A DNA stretch of 32,000 nucleotides from Trichodesmium erythraeum IMS101 (GTDB lineage Bacteria > Cyanobacteriota > Cyanobacteriia > Cyanobacteriales > Microcoleaceae): contig NC_008312.1 of assembly GCF_000014265.1 (NCBI RefSeq), positions 2,190,001-2,222,000 on the forward strand. The letters are read 5' to 3'. The position numbers were made by a program, and so were the translations under genes. Of this stretch, positions 17,730 to 28,400 are shown in pieces. The notes below the pieces were generated by a model. It was given only the letters and a program-made list of their open reading frames with translations, ran no database searches and was not told where the DNA came from. How positions within the stretch are numbered: position 1 is the first letter of the stretch; the number at the start of each line of letters is the position of its first letter.

Positions 17730-18740
17730 TTAATTAGCTGCTTTTTTTGCTATTTCTAACCAATTATTATATTTTTCTTGATTATTTTTTATCCACTCTT
17801 GAGCATGACGTAAAATATCTTCTTCTTTGTCTTCACCTTCTTTAATTCGTAAACTTTCAGTATTCATATCTGCAACTGGAATTTCTACTAATTCAAACCA
17901 CCTTTTAGCCACTGGGTTAGACTCTAAAAATTTTTTATTAGCCACAATGCTCTGTTGAGTTCTAGAAAAACCAATATTTTTTCCATCTAGTAATGTATCT
18001 TTTTTTGTGATATTTCTCATATCTGGTAAAGAGGTAAAAGGCACTTCTAACCAAACTACATCTTTACCTGGTTTTAAGATAGCAGATATCCAATGAGGAT
18101 TATAGGCAAAATAAAGAATAGGTTGCCCTTGTTTATAGCGAGTTATAGCATCTACTAATAGAATATTATATTGACCTCGACTATGTTCTACTGTATTTTC
18201 TAGTCCATAAGCTTCGATGTGATGGTCTATATTTAACTCACAAGCCCAACCAGGATTACAACCAACTAAATTTGCCTTACCGTTTTTATCCCAGTCAAAA
18301 AGCTTGGCTATTTCTGGATTTTTTAATTCTTTAATGTTAGTAATTTGATATTTATCCGCTGTTTTTTTGTCTATTTGATATCCAGCTATCCCATCAGGTG
18401 TCAAAATTCCAACTGCCTCTAACTTTTCTTCACCACCAGCTTTTTCAAAGAATTTTTCATGAGATGGTTGGTAGTAAATAGTACTATATTCTAAGTCTCC
18501 ATTAGCAATAGAAATATAGATAGCTGTGTATTCAATTTGTTTTGGTTCTTCGACCTTATACCCGAGTTTTTCTAGACCAATATTAACAATATTAGTTTGA
18601 AATGACTCTTCTATCCAAGTACTATGGGCAGTCCGAATAGTTACCGTTTGAGAATTAGGAACTTGTTGACAAGATGTAAAAATTATTAATATGCTCGTTA
18701 AAATTGTTCCTAAGATAATTTTTAGGTTTTTTTGTTTCAT
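17730..18740 (-). CDS. proX: ProX-like substrate-binding lipoprotein, copy 2 (tandem paralog)
   Basis: 336-aa ORF, roughly three-quarters identical by eye to copy 1. It has the same IFTSCQQVPN lipobox and the same ProX motifs. Confidence 0.9.
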   Translation of the reverse strand: MKQKNLKIILGTILTSILIIFTSCQQVPNSQTVTIRTAHSTWIEESFQTNIVNIGLEKLGYKVEEPKQIEYTAIYISIANGDLEYSTIYYQPSHEKFFEKAGGEEKLEAVGILTPDGIAGYQIDKKTADKYQITNIKELKNPEIAKLFDWDKNGKANLVGCNPGWACELNIDHHIEAYGLENTVEHSRGQYNILLVDAITRYKQGQPILYFAYNPHWISAILKPGKDVVWLEVPFTSLPDMRNITKKDTLLDGKNIGFSRTQQSIVANKKFLESNPVAKRWFELVEIPVADMNTESLRIKEGEDKEEDILRHAQEWIKNNQEKYNNWLEIAKKAAN

Positions 18741-19261
18741 TTCGATTTGATTGGGAAATTTTACTATTTATTAAATATTTAATTTTCTGATAATTTTTTG
18801 GTTGATAAACAGCTATCAGTTTTATAGTTTAGGGAACATAACTTAGAATTAAGCTTTAACTTAAAATCTTCAACTATAAAAAACAGCATAATGCTACTCA
18901 AACAATATGAATGAAAGACTAATAATTGATAGCTAAAATCACCTTTTTACTTCCTCGAAAACTTAATGATTGATAAATCATAGCTAATGGCTGATGGATG
19001 AATATTTAGCTTTTAATTATAACTTGATATAATTTTCGATATCTCAAACAGAATCATTATTTTTTATGGCTCGAAAAAATACCCAGAACGATATCATACA
19101 GTTACCTATTATCATATCCAGTATTTCCTAATTATTATTAGTCCTAGTTAATATTTCCAAAAGAAATACTATACCCTCAATTAATCTATAGTCAGCTCCT
19201 ATTCTATTCTTAAAATTAGGATATAATATAAATTTGCAGTAAAAGATTTATAATTATAGTC

Positions 19262-19720
19262 ATGGCCAAAAAATTACAGGTAGTATTGAATAAAGATGTT
19301 AACAAGTTAGGAAAATCAGGAGATGTTGTAGATGTAGCTCCTGGTTATGCCCGTAACTATTTGATTCCGAATAAAATTGCTTTTCGTACTACTCCAGGTG
19401 TTCTTAAACAAGTAGAACGTCGTCAAGAACAAGAGCGGCAAAGACAAATAGAATTAAAGCAGGGAGCATTAGCTCAAAAGACTGCTTTGGAAACAGTTGG
19501 TCGCTTTAAAATTGCCAAACAAGTAGGTGAAAATGATGCAATTTTTGGTACAGTTACTGATAGAGAATTAGTAGAAGTAATTAAGGAAAGTACAGGTCAA
19601 GAAATTGATAGACGCGGTGTTACTTTACCAGAGATTAGCAAAATTGGTTTTTACAAAGCTGAAATTAAACTTCATCCAGAGGTAATTGCTGAAGTGGAAA
19701 TTCAAGTAGTAGGTCATTAA
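19262..19720 (+). CDS. rplI: 50S ribosomal protein L9
   Basis: 152-aa [43 protein letters not shown] is the canonical L9 N-domain. The long connecting helix and the C-domain are present. Confidence 0.95.
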
Positions 19721-19721
19721 T

Positions 19722-19768
19722 AGTTATCAGTTATCAGTTATTGGTTGAATTATCAAAACGAATAACTG
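19722..19768 (+). repeat. STRR-like heptamer repeat forming a hairpin just after the rplI stop
   Basis: AGTTATC AGTTATC AGTTATT occupies 19722-19742. CAGTTATT (19735-19742) pairs with AATAACTG (19761-19768), enclosing an inner TTGA-ATTA-TCAA stem-loop. There is no clean U-tail, so a terminator role is uncertain. Confidence 0.6.
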
Positions 19769-19908
19769 ATATCTGATTGACTAGATATTAAAAATATTAA
19801 CCGTTATTAATAGTTGACTAACAACTTTTACTTTATAGATATATAGTATTTAGAACTAAAAAATGCGGAAGTTTTGTCTAAATAGGGCTTACTCAAAAAC
19901 ACTAACTA

Positions 19909-22056
19909 TCAGCTATTTTTCTCTATCGCCTGATAAACAAATTCACCGTAAATAATATTATTAGATACACTAGGACCATCAAGTTGCCCAACCTTTTCTT
20001 CACCATTTTCATATCTTAATACTAGCTCATCTTTTTGAGTAATATCCCAAGTACCAAAACGATTCGTTGAATAATCATAAATGTGATAAAATGAACGATC
20101 ATCGTCCAGGAAAATTCCTTCATATATGCTCCCATACGGAGCGTAAGCTAACCAATGATCACTAAAGAATTCTTCCCAGTCAGTAGGTTCAGGAAAATCT
20201 AGACTTTCAACTACATCATTTGCGATATCTTTATAGTCTTTTAGTTTATTAACAGAACCACCCACTGTCACAGTAGCAATTTCATCATTAGGCCCTACAG
20301 TACTAACCACATAATACTTTTCTTGAGATATTGAATTTTTGGCAGTATAAGTATTAGTAATTTGATTACCTTTTACCTTTGCTTTTCCTTGTGGTTCATA
20401 GGTGGTTTCGTCAATTGCCCAGGTATTAGCCAAGTTCTGTATAAGCCCTGTCAAATAATTCGATCTGACGCTTAATTCTACATAGACATCTGGATACTTT
20501 GTAGAGGTTAGTGTAAATGGAAAATACTGACCATCAACAAACGATCTTCCTTCAAATATTGTTTCAAACATTGATTTTTGTTTACCAACCCATCCTTCAG
20601 GTATTTCCAAAGAAACTCGGTTTTCAAACCCTACTCGTGTACCTGATTCATAAGTTTCTAATACCGATGGAAAAACTGTATTAACCTCCTGAGAACTCAA
20701 ACTAAGTTCATAATTTGTTTTAGCATTACCTTGAGCATAAACTTCTACATAATAAATTCCTGGTTCTAAAACTTCTGTAATTTTTTCTGAATTTTTACCC
20801 TTGTTAGTCGATTTATCCAAAACTGTTTCACCGTCTTCATCAATTAATCTTAGATTAGAGTTTTGCTTCAGTTTATTCAGATTAATATCTACTTCTTGTT
20901 CTTCGTTAATCTCAAAAAAATACAAATCTATTCCATCTCGTTTACCATTTTCTCTGTAGCCAATTTTATCATTAACTTTCAGTTCTTTCTGAGATAATTT
21001 TCCTAAATTATTCGCTCCATCTATACTTTTATCATCAGGAACGTTTTCTAAAATCAAGCGATAAGGAGTTTTTGCATTTCCCACAGCAGATACCCGCAGA
21101 TAATAATCTCCTGCATCTAAATATTCAGTAATATTTTCTGATTTTTTACCTCTTTTATTCGACTTTGCCAATACTTTTTTACCACTTTCATCAAATAAGT
21201 GAAGATTAGCATTTTTCTGGAGTTTATCCATCTCAATATTTACTTTCATATCTTCAGATATGCCGAAACTATAGTAGTCATATTTATCAACCTTGCCCTT
21301 TTTTTTGTAGCCAATTTTATCATTAAGTTTCAGTTCTTTCTGAGATAATTTTCCTAAATCATTCGCTCCATCTATATTTTTATCATCAGGAACTTTTTCT
21401 AAAATCAAGCGATAAGGAGTTTTTGCATTTCCCACAGCAGATACCCGCAGATAATAATCTCCTGCATCTAAATATTCAGTAATATTTTCTGATTTTTTAC
21501 CTCTTTTATTCGACTTTGCCAATACTTTTTTACCACTTTCATCAAATAAGTGAAGATTAGCATTTTTCTGGAGTTTATCCATATCAATACTTACTTCCAT
21601 ATTTTCAGATATGCCGAAACTATAGTAGTCATATTTATCAACCTTGCCCTTTTCTTTGTAGCCAATTCTATCGTTTATCTTAACTTTCTCACCAGAAACT
21701 ATATCTATTTCAGTTGCAGTATCAATCTTATTATCTGACTTTTGACCAGCTCTTAACTGAATATTTGTATCAAAATTATCACCTGTAATTTTATCAATTT
21801 CTTCTGTATTTTCAACACTTGCAGAATCTCTAATAGAGATAGATTCTAATTCATTTCCTAGGAAATTATAAGAACCAAGCGAATATTCAGTAGAGTTTAT
21901 ATTATCCTCTAAAGTTGAATTTTTTATGGTAATATCTGAAGTAGAATCGAAATAATTAATCTTATGATTTGAAAGTGAAAATAAATCACTTTTACTATCA
22001 GCTTTTGTGCCGAATAAATCAGAAAAAAATGAGTTTATCTCACGTTCAATATCCAT
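19909..22056 (-). CDS. Protein with three tandem pre-peptidase C-terminal (PPC)-type domains and an unassigned C-terminal domain
   Basis: 715-aa ORF. The pattern DKYDYYSFGISE...ANLHLFDESGKKVLAKS......ENITEYLDAGDYYLRVSAVGNAKTPYRLIL occurs three times (third copy diverged). It fits the PPC pattern DxYxF...L.L.D..G......I......G.YY..V......Y.L. I see no obvious signal peptide and no catalytic domain. Confidence 0.7.
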   Translation of the reverse strand: MDIEREINSFFSDLFGTKADSKSDLFSLSNHKINYFDSTSDITIKNSTLEDNINSTEYSLGSYNFLGNELESISIRDSASVENTEEIDKITGDNFDTNIQLRAGQKSDNKIDTATEIDIVSGEKVKINDRIGYKEKGKVDKYDYYSFGISENMEVSIDMDKLQKNANLHLFDESGKKVLAKSNKRGKKSENITEYLDAGDYYLRVSAVGNAKTPYRLILEKVPDDKNIDGANDLGKLSQKELKLNDKIGYKKKGKVDKYDYYSFGISEDMKVNIEMDKLQKNANLHLFDESGKKVLAKSNKRGKKSENITEYLDAGDYYLRVSAVGNAKTPYRLILENVPDDKSIDGANNLGKLSQKELKVNDKIGYRENGKRDGIDLYFFEINEEQEVDINLNKLKQNSNLRLIDEDGETVLDKSTNKGKNSEKITEVLEPGIYYVEVYAQGNAKTNYELSLSSQEVNTVFPSVLETYESGTRVGFENRVSLEIPEGWVGKQKSMFETIFEGRSFVDGQYFPFTLTSTKYPDVYVELSVRSNYLTGLIQNLANTWAIDETTYEPQGKAKVKGNQITNTYTAKNSISQEKYYVVSTVGPNDEIATVTVGGSVNKLKDYKDIANDVVESLDFPEPTDWEEFFSDHWLAYAPYGSIYEGIFLDDDRSFYHIYDYSTNRFGTWDITQKDELVLRYENGEEKVGQLDGPSVSNNIIYGEFVYQAIEKNS
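20957..21680. repeat. 351-bp (117-codon) near-identical tandem duplication inside the PPC-domain gene
   Basis: GTAGCCAATTTTATCATTAA... begins at 20957 and again at 21308. ATAAGGAGTTTTTGCATTTCCCACAGCAGATACCCGCAG occurs at 21061 and 21412. The period is 351 bp with only scattered substitutions. A partial third start lies at about 21659. Confidence 0.9.
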
Positions 22057-22408
22057 TGTCTTTGCCCTCCAAAATTATATAAATAATTGATTTTACATCG
22101 AAGTTATCATGATTATGTTTTTCTCGGGTTAATTTTAATTATTTGTTCAGTTTTTTGTGTACTCCAGAGGTTTAATATCCAAACCCTATTTTCTCTTTAG
22201 TTTGAAAACTAAACCGATAAATATTCAGACAAACATAATATTTTTTTATCTCTCCCCTGCTCTCCTACCCCCTCGTCAATAAAATGTAGAAAATTTTTTG
22301 ATAAATAGTATAATTATTAGCAATCTCTCAATTGCTTTTTCTTCTTTTAAAAGCAATGAAGCTGATAGTTGAATACTTACAAAATGATTTTTAGTAAATC
22401 TTAGATAA

Positions 22409-25400
22409 ATGCAGAGCGATCGCTTACCCCCCCAAAATATTGAATCAGAAGAAGCTATTTTAGGCGGTATTCTTCTTGATCCAGAAGCTATTAATCGAGT
22501 CACAGAATTGTTACACCCAGAATTTTTTGCTATTCAAGCTCATCAAATTATTTATAAAGCAATGTGCCAACTTTATAGTCAAGGCAAACCTACTGATTTA
22601 ATGACTGTTACCAGTTGGCTTTCTGATCATAATCAATTAGAAAAAATTGGTGGGCGAGTCAAAATAGTTCAACTATTAGAACGAACAGTTTCTGCAGTTA
22701 ATATTGACCAATATGCAGCTTTAGTTCTCGATAAATATATCCGTAGAAAATTAATTCAAGCTGGAAATGAAATTTTTGATTTAGGATTTCAAACCGCTAC
22801 TAAATTAGAAATTATTCTTGACCAAGCAGAACAAAAAATTTTTGCTCTGACTCAGGATAAACCACAACAAGATTTAGTTCCTATTTCTGAGACTTTAATT
22901 AATACTTTTCAGGAAATTGAAGATAGAAATGAAGGGGTTGCTTTACCTGGTCTTCCTTGTGGTTTTTACGATTTGGATGCAATGACTGGAGGTTTTCAAC
23001 GGTCTGATTTGATTATTGTTGCAGGTAGACCTTCTATGGGAAAATGTGCTGCTTATGATACTTTAGTTTTGCAAAAAGATGGTAGTTTAGTTACTTTAGC
23101 AGAGGTTTATAAAAGGCAGGAAATAGAATTATTAACTTTGGGAAAAAATAGCAAGTTTTATTTGACTAAACCTAGTGCTTTTATTGATGATGGAATTAAA
23201 CCTATATTTAGAGTAACCACAAAATTAGGAAGATTTGTAGAGACCACAATTACTCATCCTTTTTTGACGGTTAATGGTTGGAAACCTTTATCCAAATTAC
23301 AGGTTGGAGAAAAAATAGCTGTACCCCGTCGGTTAAATATTTTTGGTAATGAAACTATTTCAGAAAGTAAGTTTTCTTCCCTGATTAATTTTGACAATTT
23401 ATATCTTTTTCCTCTTGTATTTCAGTTAGAGAGATCCCAATTAGCTTTATTTATTAGATATCTATTTTCCTTAGATGGATGGGTGAAAATATATCAGAAC
23501 AAGATAGTATGTTTTGGTTATTCTACAGTTAGTGAAAAGTTGATTAGGCAAATACAACATATTTTGCTTAGGTTTGGAATTGTTAGTGGTATTGAAAAAT
23601 TTGAAGAGAAGAGAACTGAAAAAATAAAAGTCGTTAAAGAAGTTAAAAGTCAGAGGTCACATAGGGAGGAATTCACATTTGCAACCTACAGAAATTGTTA
23701 TTGTGATGGGAAATGGCATTTGACAATTACTGATGCTTTATCTCAGAAAAATTTGATGGAAGATATTGGTGGTTTTGATTCTAAAAATTTTTATCTATTC
23801 GATTTACTTCAACCCCATAATTCCGGAAATCAGGAATTAGAAAATCATCTAATTTTCTGGGATGAATTAGTGAATGTATTAGCCAAATTTGCCGCATCTA
23901 AAAATCAGTCTCTAAAAAATAGAACTGCCAAAGGAAAGTCTCCTAAAAATTCTGAGAACTTAACTACTACTGAGACTATCTGTAGAAAAAATATTCTGGC
24001 AAATATGGAGAACCTTCCATCAGACAATCAAAATTTTGACTCCGAAAAATTAGATTTATCTCAACCCCATAATTCCGGAAATCAGGAATTAGAAAATCAT
24101 CTAATTTTCTGGGATGAATTAGTGAATGTACTCGCCAAATTTGCCACATCTAAAAATCAGTCTCTAAAAAATAGAACTACCAAAAGAAATTCTCCTAAAA
24201 ATTCTGAGAACTTAACTACTACTGAGACTATCTGTAGAAAAAATATTCTGGCAAATATGGAGAACCTTCCATCAGACAATCAAAATTTTGACTCCGAAAA
24301 ATTAGATTTACCTCAACCCCATAATTCCGGAAATCAGGAATTAGAAAATCATCTAATTTTCTGGGATGAATTAGTGAATGTATTAGCCAAATTTGCCGCA
24401 TCTAAAAATCAGTCTCTAAAAAATAGAACTACCAAAAGAAATTCTCCTAAAAATTCTGAGAACTTAACTACTACTGAGACTATCTGTAGAAAAAATATTC
24501 TGGCAAATATGGAGAACCTTCCATCAGACAATCAAAATTTTGACTCCGAAAAATTAGATTTACCTCAACCCCATAATTCCGGAAATCAGGAATTAGAAAA
24601 TCATCTAATTTTCTGGGATGAATTAGTGAATGTACTCGCCAAATTTGCCACATCTAAAAATCAGTCTCTAAAAAATAGAACTACCAAAAGAAATTCTCCT
24701 AAAAATTCTGAGAACTTAACTACTACTGAGACTATCTGTAGAAAAAATATTCTGGCAAATATGGAGAACCTTCCATCAGACAATCAAAATTTTGACTCCG
24801 AAAAATTAGATTTATCTCAACCCCATAATTCCGGAACTCAGGAATTAGAAAATCATCTAATTTTCTGGGATGAATTAGTGAATGTATTAGCCAAATTTGC
24901 CGCATCTAAAAATCAGTCTCTAAAAAATAGAACTGCCAAAGGAAAGTCTCCTAAAAATTCTGAGAACTTAACTACTACTGAGACTATCTGTAGAAAAAAT
25001 ATTCTGGCAAATATGGAGAACCTTCCATCAGACAATCAAAATTTTGACTCCGAAAAATTAGATTTATCTCAACCCCATAATTCCGGAAATCAGGAATTAG
25101 AAAATCATCTAATTTTCTGGGATGAATTAGTGAATGTACTCGCCAAATTTGCCACATCTAAAAATCAGTCTCTAAAAAATAGAACTACCAAAAGAAATTC
25201 TCCTAAAAATTCTGAGAACTTAACTACTACTGAGACTATCTGTAGAAAAAATATTCTGGCAAATATGGAGAACCTTCCATCAGACAATCAAAATTTTGAC
25301 TCCGAAAAATTAGATTTACCTCAACCCCATAATTCCGGAAATCAGGAATTAGAAAATCATCTAATTTTCTGGGATGAATTAGTGAATGTACTCGCCAAAT

Positions 25401-28400
25401 TTGCCACATCTAAAAATCAGTCTCTAAAAAATAGAACTACCAAAAGAAATTCTCCTAAAAATTCTGAGAACTTAACTACTACTGAGACTATCTGTAGAAA
25501 AAATATTCTGGCAAATATGGAGAACCTTCCATCAGACAATCAAAATTTTGACTCCGAAAAATTAGATTTACCTCAACCCCATAATTCCGGAAATCAGGAA
25601 TTAGAAAATCATCTAATTTTCTGGGATGAATTAGTGAATGTACTCGCCAAATTTGCCACATCTAAAAATCAGTCTCTAAAAAATAGAACTACCAAAAGAA
25701 ATTCTCCTAAAAATTCTGAGAACTTAACTACTACTGAGACTATCTGTAGAAAAAATATTCTGGCAAATATGGAGAACCTTCCATCAGACAATCAAAATTT
25801 TGACTCCGAAAAATTAGATTTACCTCAACCCCATAATTCCGGAAATCAGGAATTAGAAAATCATCTAATTTTCTGGGATGAATTAGTGAATGTACTCGCC
25901 AAATTTGCCACATCTAAAAATCAGTCTCTAAAAAATAGAACTACCAAAAGAAATTCTCCTAAAAATTCTGAGAACTTAACTACTACTGAGACTATCTGTA
26001 GAAAAAATATTCTGGCAAATATGGAGAACCTTCCATCAGACAATCAAAATTTTGACTCCGAAAAATTAGATTTACCTCAACCCCATAATTCCGGAAATCA
26101 GGAATTAGAAAATCATCTAATTTTCTGGGATGAATTAGTGAATGTACTCGCCAAATTTGCCACATCTAAAAATCAGTCTCTAAAAAATAGAACTACCAAA
26201 AGAAATTCTCCTAAAAATTCTGAGAACTTAACTACTACTGAGACTATCTGTAGAAAAAATATTCTGGCAAATATGGAGAACCTTCCATCAGACAATCAAA
26301 ATTTTGACTCCGAAAAATTAGATTTATCTCAACCCCATAATTCCGGAACTCAGGAATTAGAAAATCATCTAATTTTCTGGGATGAATTAGTGAATGTATT
26401 AGCCAAATTTGCCGCATCTAAAAATCAGTCTCTAAAAAATAGAACTACCAAAAGAAATTCTCCTAAAAATTCTGAGAACTTAACTACTACTGAGACTATC
26501 TGTAGAAAAAATATTCTGGCAAATATGGAGAACCTTCCATCAGACAATCAAAATTTTGACTCCGAAAAATTAGATTTACCTCAACCCCATAATTCCGGAA
26601 CTCAGGAATTAGAAAATCATCTAATTTTCTGGGATGAATTAGTGAATGTATTAGCCAAATTTGCCGCATCTAAAAATCAGTCTCTAAAAAATAGAACTAC
26701 CAAAAGAAATTCTCCTAAAAATTCTGAGAACTTAACTACTACTGAGACTATCTGTAGAAAAAATATTCTGGCAAATATGGAGAACCTTCCATCAGACAAT
26801 CAAAATTTTGACTCCGAAAAATTAGATTTACCTCAACCCCATAATTCCGGAAATCAGGAATTAGAAAATCATCTAATTTTCTGGGATGAATTAGTGAATG
26901 TATTAGCCAAATTTGCCGCATCTAAAAATCAGTCTCTAAAAAATAGAACTACCAAAAGAAATTCTCCTAAAAATTCTGAGAACTTAACTACTACTGAGAC
27001 TATCTGTAGAAAAAATATTCTGGCAAATATGGAGAACCTTCCATCAGACAATCAAAATTTTGACTCCGAAAAATTAGATTTACCTCAACCCCATAATTCC
27101 GGAAATCAGGAATTAGAAAATCATCTAATTTTCTGGGATGAATTAGTGAATGTACTCGCCAAATTTGCCACATCTAAAAATCAGTCTCTAAAAAATAGAA
27201 CTACCAAAAGAAATTCTCCTAAAAATTCTGAGAACTTAACTACTACTGAGACTATCTGTAGAAAAAATATTCTGGCAAATATGGAGAACCTTCCATCAGA
27301 CAATCAAAATTTTGACTCCGAAAAATTAGATTTACCTCAACCCCATAATTCCGGAAATCAGGAATTAGAAAATCATCTAATTTTCTGGGATGAATTAGTG
27401 AATGTACTCGCCAAATTTGCCACATCTAAAAATCAGTCTCTAAAAAATAGAACTGCCAAAGGAAAGTCTCCTAAAAATTCTGAGAACTTAACTACTACTG
27501 AGACTATCTGTAGAAAAAATATTCTGGCAAATATGGAGAACCTTCCATCAGACAATCAAAATTTTGACTCCGAAAAATTAGATTTACCTCAACCCCATAA
27601 TTCCGGAAATCAGGAATTAGAAAATCATCTAATTTTCTGGGATGAATTAGTGAATGTACTCGCCAAATTTGCCACATCTAAAAATCAGTCTCTAAAAAAT
27701 AGAACTACCAAAAGAAATTCTCCTAAAAATTCTGAGAACTTAACTACTACTGAGACTATCTGTAGAAAAAATATTCTGGCAAATATGGAGAACCTTCCAT
27801 CAGACAATCAAAATTTTGACTCCGAAAAATTAGATTTACCTCAACCCCATAATTCCGGAAATCAGGAATTAGAAAATCATCTAATTTTCTGGGATGAATT
27901 AGTGAATGTACTCGCCAAATTTGCCACATCTAAAAATCAGTCTCTAAAAAATAGAACTACCAAAAGAAATTCTCCTAAAAATTCTGAGAACTTAACTACT
28001 ACTGAGACTATCTGTAGAAAAAATATTCTGGCAAATATGGAGAACCTTCCATCAGACAATCAAAATTTTGACTCCGAAAAATTAGATTTACCTCAACCCC
28101 ATAATTCCGGAAATCAGGAATTAGAAAATCATCTAATTTTCTGGGATGAATTAGTGAATGTACTCGCCAAATTTGCCACATCTAAAAATCAGTCTCTAAA
28201 AAATAGAACTGCCAAAGGAAAGTCTCCTAAAAATTCTGAGAACTTAACTACTACTGAGACTATCTGTAGAAAAAATATTCTGGCAAATATGGAGAACCTT
28301 CCATCAGACAATCAAAATTTTGACTCCGAAAAATTAGATTTACCTCAACCCCATAATTCCGGAAATCAGGAATTAGAAAATCATCTAATTTTCTGGGATG

